DNA of 64,000 nt. Origin: a virus. The stretch spans positions 4,327-68,326 of IMG/VR virus record IMGVR_UViG_3300042547_000361; one strand, written 5' to 3'. This document shows positions 57,455-64,000 of the stretch, in pieces; within the stretch, counting starts at the first letter, position 1; each line of letters starts with the position of its first letter. Under the pieces are notes generated by a model, which had not been told where the DNA came from, did no database searches, and worked only from the letters and a program-made list of their open reading frames with translations. Both the position numbers and the translations under genes were made by a program.

Positions 57455-57675
57455 TCTTGCCCCCTTGCCCTGATTGCTTGTGGCACTCCGGTCACAGCCT
57501 GGGTGTAGAACCTAAGCATATCCTCTGCTACCTGGGCACACGCCTCGCGCTCGTCAGCAGCGACAAGAGCGGCAAAGCGTTCAAGCCGGTGCATGTCTTC
57601 GGTTCCGGGCAAGTTGTCCAATGCCACGCTCGGCCACCCCGCCTCCCGCGCCAGCTTCATGGTTTCAATAGTCAT
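57451..57675 (-). CDS. hypothetical protein, AIRxRGQE family
   Basis: EREACAQVA...AIRARGQE. Confidence 0.7.
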   Translation of the reverse strand: MTIETMKLAREAGWPSVALDNLPGTEDMHRLERFAALVAADEREACAQVAEDMLRFYTQAVTGVPQAIRARGQE

Positions 57676-57901
57676 AGCTCACGCCCTCCTTCAAGGCCAC
57701 CGCATCAGGGTAGTAGTGGTTAAACCTACCCCAGTATTCTTCCCGCTCATCACGGGCCTCGCACCACTGGAATAGGGAATACCACATAGGTATGTCTTGC
57801 CCACATTCAAACATGTAAAGCACATTGCTCATTTGAATCGCCACATCCATTTGAGCGCGATAAAAATCGACCAGCAGGCCCAGCATTTGTCTGTCAGTCA
57901 T
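57665..57901 (-). CDS. hypothetical protein
   Basis: ATGA-coupled. Confidence 0.55.
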   Translation of the reverse strand: MTDRQMLGLLVDFYRAQMDVAIQMSNVLYMFECGQDIPMWYSLFQWCEARDEREEYWGRFNHYYPDAVALKEGVSYDY

Positions 57902-58092
57902 TGCCCCCTCGCTTTCAGCATGTCATCGGCCATCGCATAAGCTGCGTCTGCAATCTCTGGCATGGGCATCGCCGCATCCATCAGCCCCTGCATCGCCTTA
58001 GCCGCGAAGTAGTCGCGCAGGGTCATGCCTGTTCTGTGCCAGTTGTTTGCCACCAGGGGAAACGCTGGCCCTCCACCTGTATCTGTACTCAT
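57898..58092 (-). CDS. conserved phage protein (GMTLRDYFAAKAMQG family)
   Basis: GGPAFP...GMTLRDYFAAKAMQG...AYAMADDML; GGAGG RBS before ATG 58092. Confidence 0.8.
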   Translation of the reverse strand: MSTDTGGGPAFPLVANNWHRTGMTLRDYFAAKAMQGLMDAAMPMPEIADAAYAMADDMLKARGQ

Positions 58093-58289
58093 TCGATCCT
58101 CCAGCATCTAAAGGTTTTGTCGGCTACCTGACGCACGGTGAATTTCATCCCGTGTTTCAGGCCAAAGCGCATCGCTGCCACAGACACCGCCGGGCGTTTA
58201 ACGTCTGGCGGCACAGCGAAGCTGTCGCCCACCTGCATCCCCGCAAAGGGGAACTTGGCGGGTATGGGGATGTTCTTTTCTACTTTCAT
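58089..58289 (-). CDS. small putative DNA-binding phage protein
   Basis: VEKNIPIP..FPF..MQVGDSF...RCWR. Confidence 0.75.
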   Translation of the reverse strand: MKVEKNIPIPAKFPFAGMQVGDSFAVPPDVKRPAVSVAAMRFGLKHGMKFTVRQVADKTFRCWRIE

Positions 58290-59065
58290 TGCACCTCCCC
58301 AAAAAGTTTCTTCAGCTCCCTGTACACAGCAACGGCTTGCTTCACATCAAGGTTCTCCAGAATCTCATCCGTTGACCAGCCAAGCACAGGCACAAGCGGA
58401 CGGGCAGGCGCTGGCGCTGGCGCTGGCGCTGGCGCTGGCGTAGGGGCCGGGGTAGTAACGAGGTGCAGCGCGGCAATGCCTTCGCTCTTGGTGTCTTTCT
58501 TCTGCTGCTTGTGCTTGCGCAGGGCCCTTATGGCGACTTGGTTGATTGGGGTGTACTCATCCATGAGCGCGTAGTACTTGTCGCCCCTAAGTTCGAGCTG
58601 GCTGGTTCTGCGCAACTGGCTGACAAGTGAAGTCACGGAGCTGGCCTTATACCCTTCTGCCACCAGTCGCTTACAGATTTCCCCTTTGGTCAGGCCGGGG
58701 TTGGCGCGTACGAAGTAGAAGGTGGCGCGTGAGACGTTGTTGGTGATGTTCAGTGGGGGGTTCTTCATGGTTTGTTTCTCCTGGGGTTGTGGTTGTGCTT
58801 CTGGTGTGGGCTCGTCGTCTTCCCACGCGTCAATGATCTGGGTCAGCGCGGCTTGTTGGTTTCTTTGGACTGCGGCTTGCAGCGCTTCTTGCAAAGAGGG
58901 CATGGCGTGTATTTCCTTTCTTGATTCAGCCAATCTTTTCTCTGTGTGCATATCCGGCAGTGGGGCACCGTAGAGAATCTTCTCAACAGTGCTTGTGGTC
59001 AGCGGCTTGACGTTGCCTGTGGGGTTGTGGTTTCGATGGGGGTGACGCTTCTTACGATACGACAC
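58286..59065 (-). CDS. hypothetical protein with winged-helix-like domain and (PA)n linker
   Basis: GTG 59065 after AAGGAG; FYFVRANPGLT...SSVTSLVSQL; (GGCGCT)n repeat at 58407-58440. Confidence 0.65.
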   Translation of the reverse strand: MSYRKKRHPHRNHNPTGNVKPLTTSTVEKILYGAPLPDMHTEKRLAESRKEIHAMPSLQEALQAAVQRNQQAALTQIIDAWEDDEPTPEAQPQPQEKQTMKNPPLNITNNVSRATFYFVRANPGLTKGEICKRLVAEGYKASSVTSLVSQLRRTSQLELRGDKYYALMDEYTPINQVAIRALRKHKQQKKDTKSEGIAALHLVTTPAPTPAPAPAPAPAPARPLVPVLGWSTDEILENLDVKQAVAVYRELKKLFGEVQ

Positions 59066-59225
59066 GGCAGGGCTCCTTCCTTTCAATGTGCTTGGCCAAC
59101 AACCACTTGTCGCCCAGGAGGCGCACCGACCTGACCCACTTGCGCTGGTTGGCGCGATTGATATCCTGCGAAACGTGAGATACGTTCCACATCTGGCGCA
59201 CATGGCGCAGCATATTTACTTTCAT
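59052..59225 (-). CDS. hypothetical protein (57 aa, not in ORF track)
   Basis: AAGGAGAAAGCAAAATG start; NRANQRKWVRSVRLLGDKWLLA. Confidence 0.7.
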   Translation of the reverse strand: MKVNMLRHVRQMWNVSHVSQDINRANQRKWVRSVRLLGDKWLLAKHIERKEPCRVVS

Positions 59226-59254
59226 TTTGCTTTCTCCTTTTTACAAATGTTGCC

Positions 59255-59285
59255 TGACAACCCGAAGGTTGTCAAGCGTTGGACA
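59255..59285 (-). promoter_or_regulatory. operator-like 17-mer overlapping a C(UUCG)G hairpin
   Basis: TTGTCAAGCGTTGGACA identical to 49700; minus-strand UGACAACC-UUCG-GGUUGUCA. Confidence 0.6.
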
Positions 59286-59288
59286 CAG

Positions 59289-60389
59289 TTAAATTTCTGC
59301 GTATGCCTCATCGAACAGGCTGGCAAGCACGGAGCCAGCGCCGTAGGTGTGCAGCGCATCGAGGTGATCCTTGAGTACCTTGGCGTCGCGCAGCTTCTTG
59401 TAGCTGATATACCGCTTGGCAAGCTCGGGCTCCTCGGGGTGCACGGACTCACAGATCAGCTCCACAAGGTAGCCAGGGTAGCCAGCCATCGCGTCGTAGA
59501 TCGCTTCCTGTACGTCGTCCTCCTCGGTCCAGCCATCGGCAAACTTGCGCTCGCCCTCGGGGAAAGAGGAGACACTGGTTGTTGCCCAGTGGTCCGCCCA
59601 GGCATCCTCCCACCTGCTCTCGACAGCCTTGGGGTCACGCGATGTAGGCAGCGCGTCCCACTTGATCTGCACCACGCGGTCAGACAGCGCCATGAAGTGG
59701 TAGATGTCAAGGCATTCTCTATCGGAGTGCTCGTGGTCATAGCCAACGCTGATGTTGGTGCACTCGGGTATGTAGCCGGTGAACTCGGCAGTGTCGGTGT
59801 ACACACCTGTGTCGTCGGGCAGGTACATGAGACGGTCGTCTACGTTGAACGCATCTGAGAGCGCCTGCGCAAACTCATCGGAGCAGCAGCGGCCATAGCC
59901 CTGGTGGGTGATGACGGAGTCGATACCTCTCCTATCAAAAGCCACAGCCCTGTCAAATTGTTTAAGTAAATCTGCATGATCGTTGGCCAAGTGCTTGGCA
60001 CCGATGCCGCCTACCTCCTCGCCTTGCGTAAAGATGTAGTACCCAGGCACGCTGCTGTGCAGCAGGTGCATGAGCATGGCACAGCCTGCGCCATCGTCCG
60101 CGCCGAGCGGCGCTTCCTTGGCGTACCACGTACCGTGCGCCTTGATGAACTTGTTGGGCCCATCGGCACGGTGCACAGTGTCAACGTGTGCGACAAAGAG
60201 AGTCCTGTTCGTCACCCCACGACGCGCATCAATATGCACGTTACCGACTTGATCTACTTTTATATCTAAATGCTTCGGGATGTTGTCGCACAGCCAGCTT
60301 GTGAACAGGGCAGCGCCCTCGCCATGATGTGGGCGCTTGAGTGAGAGCGCACGGCACAGGGTCTTGTAGAGCATGGATGATTTACGCAT
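59289..60389 (-). CDS. M28/M20-family zinc peptidase
   Basis: AHVDTVH, LGADDGAG, GEEVGGIG, FDRRG, GYDHEH. Confidence 0.85.
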   Translation of the reverse strand: MRKSSMLYKTLCRALSLKRPHHGEGAALFTSWLCDNIPKHLDIKVDQVGNVHIDARRGVTNRTLFVAHVDTVHRADGPNKFIKAHGTWYAKEAPLGADDGAGCAMLMHLLHSSVPGYYIFTQGEEVGGIGAKHLANDHADLLKQFDRAVAFDRRGIDSVITHQGYGRCCSDEFAQALSDAFNVDDRLMYLPDDTGVYTDTAEFTGYIPECTNISVGYDHEHSDRECLDIYHFMALSDRVVQIKWDALPTSRDPKAVESRWEDAWADHWATTSVSSFPEGERKFADGWTEEDDVQEAIYDAMAGYPGYLVELICESVHPEEPELAKRYISYKKLRDAKVLKDHLDALHTYGAGSVLASLFDEAYAEI

Positions 60390-60394
60390 AGTGA

Positions 60395-61747
60395 TTACTC
60401 CTGGGTGTTGGTTTCTGGTGCGTGGTCAGGGTGGTACGTGCAGCCGTCGATGAGCACATGGTCGGTGTTGTCCGAGTAGTACTTGCTGGACGCATAGCAC
60501 ACCCATGCGTCGTCCTCGTGCACCCAGCCCTCGTCCTCGGTCTCTACGCAGTTGCTGCCGTGGTGGTACTTCTCGTCGTACTCGCAAAAGATCATGTCCG
60601 GGTCGTCAACGTGGTACCACTCATCGTCATCGTCACACCGCACAGCGTTGTCACTGTGCGTGTAGTCACCGTTGGCAAGCTCTACGATGTTGTTGTCCTC
60701 AAGGTAGTTGTAGTCATACCAGTCACCATCGACCTCGACCGCGTCATCGTTGGGCACGTAGTACTCGTCACCCCTGCGGCCACGGACATATGTGTAGTCG
60801 TTGCTGCAGCAGTCGTTGCACACAGTGTGGTCGCCGTGATAGCCGACGCATTGGGTATCCTCCTCGTCGCAGCGCGCGCCGCAGTCCGGGCAGGTGAACC
60901 TGCCTTGCTGCTCTGCCGTGCCGTCCGTGTTACGCATCTCGTAGTCGCCGTCCTCGTCGATGTACAGCTCGTCCTTGTAGGTGAGCGTCGCATGACGCGT
61001 GTCACCGTCGAGGTACGGTGCGAGGAAGCCGTATCGGGTGGGTATGTGCGCAAGCTGCGCACTGTCATGCCAGGAGTGATGCCTGACATAACCCTGATCC
61101 TTGAGCCAGACCTCCAGCTTCTCGTCGGTGTACGAGTAGCTGCTGCCCTCTTGCCTGCCGAACGATCTGACCCAGTAGTTGACACCAGCAGGAGTGGTAT
61201 TCAACAAAGCACGGCCAACGATCTCACCGCTGGGTGATACACGCACAGCCATGTGCCAGCCATACTCGGGGTCATACGCGGCGTAGGGATGCCGAAACTG
61301 CCCGTCAGAGCAGCGCACGAAGTCGCGCTGTGACCAGCACATACACGAGGTCGGGCCGTTGTTGACTGCGTGCACCATCTCATCGACTGTGCGCAGTATC
61401 TTGTACGTGTCAGTGCCGCCGATGTACTGAGCTACAGCGTCGCGGATGACATGATCGGGCAGGTCGAAGTGCCGGTTGAGATACTTGCCAACAGATGTGA
61501 GCGTCTGCCTGTTTTCCTCACCTGCACGCTCGTCACGGGTGTACGCAAGGCGTGCACGGTCAGACTGGGCAACGTGCGGCCACTCAAGCAGCAGTTGATG
61601 CCAGTTGCGCGGGCGATGGTCATCGCCAAGCAGGCGCTGCACGGATGGGTGCAGCAGGTGGCTGCCGACCTCCCGATGGAACCACGAACGGTGATAGCAC
61701 ACAATGCGTGCTGCCTTGAGGAACGTATGGTCATACCACTTAGTCAT
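60395..61747 (-). CDS. hypothetical protein with Cys/His/acidic C-terminal repeats
   Basis: SCM, GRALL, PYLDG, CPDC...CNDC. Confidence 0.75.
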   Translation of the reverse strand: MTKWYDHTFLKAARIVCYHRSWFHREVGSHLLHPSVQRLLGDDHRPRNWHQLLLEWPHVAQSDRARLAYTRDERAGEENRQTLTSVGKYLNRHFDLPDHVIRDAVAQYIGGTDTYKILRTVDEMVHAVNNGPTSCMCWSQRDFVRCSDGQFRHPYAAYDPEYGWHMAVRVSPSGEIVGRALLNTTPAGVNYWVRSFGRQEGSSYSYTDEKLEVWLKDQGYVRHHSWHDSAQLAHIPTRYGFLAPYLDGDTRHATLTYKDELYIDEDGDYEMRNTDGTAEQQGRFTCPDCGARCDEEDTQCVGYHGDHTVCNDCCSNDYTYVRGRRGDEYYVPNDDAVEVDGDWYDYNYLEDNNIVELANGDYTHSDNAVRCDDDDEWYHVDDPDMIFCEYDEKYHHGSNCVETEDEGWVHEDDAWVCYASSKYYSDNTDHVLIDGCTYHPDHAPETNTQE

Positions 61748-61817
61748 TTTTCTTTCTCCTAGTTGCTAGTGCCGGGCATTGGCGCTGCCCGGCTGTGCGC
61801 TCGTGAGACAGGTTGTC

Positions 61818-62048
61818 TCACTGATCCTTCTCTGTTACTGCCCAGCCCATGTGTTCGATTACGCCTTTGATGGCGGTATCTGGGAACGGGCCGTTGGTTA
61901 TCACAACTCTGCGCTCGGACTTGAACACCTGCACTATCGTCCCCGAGCGCGGCACGATCCACACGCCGCCATCCTTGAGACCTTCGAACAGGTTGCGCGT
62001 CCACTCAACGGCACGGTTCATGCCGCCTACGGTGTTGAGGTCAAACAT
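61818..62048 (-). CDS. hypothetical protein
   Basis: GGAGGAG RBS. Confidence 0.65.
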   Translation of the reverse strand: MFDLNTVGGMNRAVEWTRNLFEGLKDGGVWIVPRSGTIVQVFKSERRVVITNGPFPDTAIKGVIEHMGWAVTEKDQ

Positions 62049-62415
62049 TGATAAGCTCCTCCGGTACGTCGATGTTGTCGCCCAGCTTGGACGACACGTA
62101 GCAGCGCATGGCTGCTATCAGGGGTGTGGGGCCTTCATACACAATAGCGTCTCGTGCGGTTTCCGCTTTCCAAATCACATCATCCCAAGGCCACACACTA
62201 ATCATTTCCCGCTCAATGATCGGACCAAAGAACCGCCAATCACAGTCGGAGCCTATCTCCCACAGCTCCATTGCCCCATACTCTCGGCGTGGCGGCATCA
62301 TGGCGAGGTGCGGTTCATGCGGCCAGCGTCCTTCGATCTTGTGCAGGTCGGTATACCCTTCACAGGTGGCAACTGCCCACACCAAGGTATCTCCTGTCAG
62401 TTCACTTGTCTTCAT
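62041..62415 (-). CDS. NinX/DUF2591-like protein
   Basis: MKTSELTG..L.WAVA...GPIIERE.I...GPTPLIAAMRCYV.SKLGD. Confidence 0.8.
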   Translation of the reverse strand: MKTSELTGDTLVWAVATCEGYTDLHKIEGRWPHEPHLAMMPPRREYGAMELWEIGSDCDWRFFGPIIEREMISVWPWDDVIWKAETARDAIVYEGPTPLIAAMRCYVSSKLGDNIDVPEELINV

Positions 62416-62551
62416 TTGCTTTCTCCTCTAGTTGATAGTCTTTCTCTTGGTCGTACGCATCGGACGCTCTGTCGGCCAGCTCATCTTCTGCTTCGTCCCA
62501 TGTGTAGCCTGCATCGAGCAGGCGCTGGCGCTGTAGGTACTCACTCGTCAT
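62402..62551 (-). CDS. hypothetical acidic protein
   Basis: Fills the gap between coupled ORFs. Confidence 0.55.
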   Translation of the reverse strand: MTSEYLQRQRLLDAGYTWDEAEDELADRASDAYDQEKDYQLEEKANEDK

Positions 62552-62810
62552 GGCGCGGGCAGTCGTCGCTGCTGCACAGTCCATCGGCAATCTCTTGCGC
62601 ATCCTCCAAGTCCCGAGCGCAGTGTGGGCAGGTCTGCGCTGGCGCGTACCGCTCAAACAGATGCCCGAAGGCGTCGATCAGCAGCACTTGGTTTGTGCTG
62701 TCGGCACGGAAGTAGGCCAAGGCGATTGCCTCTGCGAACCCGCCGCCGTAGCGATCCATGTTGTGCGCTGCCTTGTGCAGCTCGCTCTCGCTCATGTCAT
62801 TTGCTTTCAT
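62541..62810 (-). CDS. hypothetical protein with Zn-finger-like C-terminus
   Basis: YGGGFA.AIA.AY..ADSTN; CPHC...C....C. Confidence 0.7.
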   Translation of the reverse strand: MKANDMSESELHKAAHNMDRYGGGFAEAIALAYFRADSTNQVLLIDAFGHLFERYAPAQTCPHCARDLEDAQEIADGLCSSDDCPRHDE

Positions 62811-62970
62811 TTGCTTTCTCCTTGAAGTGGGCCTTGAACCATGCGCTGTCTACCGCCTCGCGTGCTTGCTTGAGCGCCATCGGGTCGTTGTTTCTCAGGT
62901 GCTCAACGATGGGCCACGAGTTGAGCAGCACTTGCAGTGCGTCGTAAAGTTTCTTCTCAGTCTCAGTCAT
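62797..62970 (-). CDS. hypothetical protein (57 aa, not in ORF track)
   Basis: AAGGAGAAAGCAAATG start; MTETEKKLYDALQ... Confidence 0.65.
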   Translation of the reverse strand: MTETEKKLYDALQVLLNSWPIVEHLRNNDPMALKQAREAVDSAWFKAHFKEKANESK

Positions 62971-63155
62971 TTGCTTTCTCCTTTCATTGCTTCTTCCACC
63001 ATCTTGTGCGCTAGGTTCAGCGCCATGCCTGCGGCCACGAACGCGGCCACTCTTTCACCTCCAGTGAACCGCTCGCAGTACTGCATCAGCGCCTCCATGT
63101 CCTCGGGTGTTGCGAACATGTTGTTCAGTCCTATCGGGTTCTCAGTCATTTTCAT
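62967..63155 (-). CDS. hypothetical protein
   Basis: GAGGAG RBS, ATGA-coupled. Confidence 0.65.
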   Translation of the reverse strand: MKMTENPIGLNNMFATPEDMEALMQYCERFTGGERVAAFVAAGMALNLAHKMVEEAMKGESK

Positions 63156-63316
63156 TGCTCCTCTTTGTAAATGTGATTGACGTACCAGTCCTTGTCGAGA
63201 CTGCCTGGGTCTTTGTCTATCTCAGCCCATGCTAGGTCTTCAGCTTCGCTGGGGGTCTCGGCCTCTACCTCGATCTCAAGGAAGGCCATGCGTTTGAACT
63301 CAACGTAGTACTTCAT
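63152..63316 (-). CDS. hypothetical protein (54 aa, not in ORF track)
   Basis: AAGGAGAAAGCAAATG start; MKYYVEF...IEVEAETPSEAEDLA. Confidence 0.7.
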   Translation of the reverse strand: MKYYVEFKRMAFLEIEVEAETPSEAEDLAWAEIDKDPGSLDKDWYVNHIYKEEQ

Positions 63317-63329
63317 TTGCTTTCTCCTT

Positions 63330-63596
63330 TTAAATAGTTTCTACGTGGAACATGCGCTCAGTTTGGTTGTCGTAGTGCTCGACGAACGCGCACACGCAGG
63401 CGTTGCGCCACGCCCACCTCTGCATATCGCCTGTGTCCCAGTCTTTGCGCACACCCCCTGCGTAGGGCAGGCGGCGCTCAACCTTACGCATCGCACCGCG
63501 CTCAGTGCTGGCGCTGACTTTGAACCGATGCACCCACGAGTAATTGGCCTCGCCGCCATAGGTGTCCGTGACCTCTACGAAATACTCTTGCTTCAT
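63330..63596 (-). CDS. hypothetical protein
   Basis: AAGGAGAAAGCAAATG start; VTDTYGGEANYSWV. Confidence 0.75.
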   Translation of the reverse strand: MKQEYFVEVTDTYGGEANYSWVHRFKVSASTERGAMRKVERRLPYAGGVRKDWDTGDMQRWAWRNACVCAFVEHYDNQTERMFHVETI

Positions 63597-63612
63597 TTGC
63601 TTTCTCCTTTGG

Positions 63613-63933
63613 TTATGCTACTGAGCGCAGGGGTTGGGGGTTACTTCGGATAGCGGCGGCTGCAATCGTTCTTCGTGCGTTGTCGCACTTGACCTCGTGG
63701 TTATCAAAGTCGGTCTGGTAGTCCGCTATATCCCGGTTAAAGGCCAGCGAGTGCGCGGCCAGCGCCTCTTTGAACTCAACTTCAGCCTTTTCTACGTCAT
63801 CGGGGTGTTGGTCAAGGTCACAAACCATGCAGGTCTTGTACCAATCCAGCCCCGCAACACGCTCCAGCGACTTCTCAAAAGGCGTCAATGTGGCTTTGAA
63901 TTCTTTCCATGCGATTTCGGTGTCCATTTTCAT
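63613..63933 (-). CDS. hypothetical protein
   Basis: GGAGAGG RBS, 106 aa. Confidence 0.6.
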   Translation of the reverse strand: MKMDTEIAWKEFKATLTPFEKSLERVAGLDWYKTCMVCDLDQHPDDVEKAEVEFKEALAAHSLAFNRDIADYQTDFDNHEVKCDNARRTIAAAAIRSNPQPLRSVA

Positions 63934-64000
63934 CCTCTCCAGTAGTTGTCGAGCAGGCGCAGTGCTTCTGCCACGGTTGACGCTGCTTTGTCGAGCTGGT

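Noticed and set aside
59066-59203. N-terminal extension of ORF 58286-59203 from the track
   Set aside because: Overlaps a better-supported 57-aa gene (59052-59225); the RBS supports GTG at 59065
59930-60275. Short AT-rich patches inside the peptidase gene as internal promoters
   Set aside because: No well-spaced -35/-10 pair could be established by eye
62413-63609. Regularly recurring 16-nt repeat resembling a CRISPR or attC array
   Set aside because: Spacing is irregular (160-395 nt), each copy is an RBS plus start codon, and no cas or integron integrase gene is present
1-64000. Alternative genetic code or modified-base pathway
   Set aside because: Genes read intact in code 11 with all three stops used; no base-modification enzymes recognised

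Overview
The window is most of the genome of a tailed dsDNA phage with podovirus-like architecture (no tape-measure or sheath gene recognised); the host is unknown and a proteobacterial host is inferred only. The + strand (517-44622) is the late/virion arm: terminases, portal, GroES-like co-chaperonin, scaffold, Mu-gpT-like major capsid, small basic proteins, a 2297-aa repeat tail protein, tail fibre, lysis cassette, nozzle and ejection proteins, including a 3237-aa protein with L,D-transpeptidase and HExxH domains. The - strand (64000-44608) is the early/replication arm: many small ORFs, an M28 peptidase, PolA, SNF2 helicase, nucleases and a primase-helicase. No integrase, tRNA, CRISPR array or reverse transcriptase was seen. 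Top finding: an unannotated ~84-nt minus-strand small RNA (460->377) with its own sigma70 promoter and intrinsic terminator. It carries a 16-nt stretch complementary to an extended ribosome-binding site (AAGGAGAAAGCAAAUG) shared perfectly or nearly perfectly by about 9 early/replication genes, and its promoter overlaps the divergent late promoter, suggesting an RNA-based switch. Other leads are a recurrent phi-x-x-G-G motif in putative capsid-internal proteins, a DDxxD protein among ejection genes, several structured RNA leaders and a repeated operator-like palindrome. All calls come from reading the sequence and recalling motifs; no searches were run.
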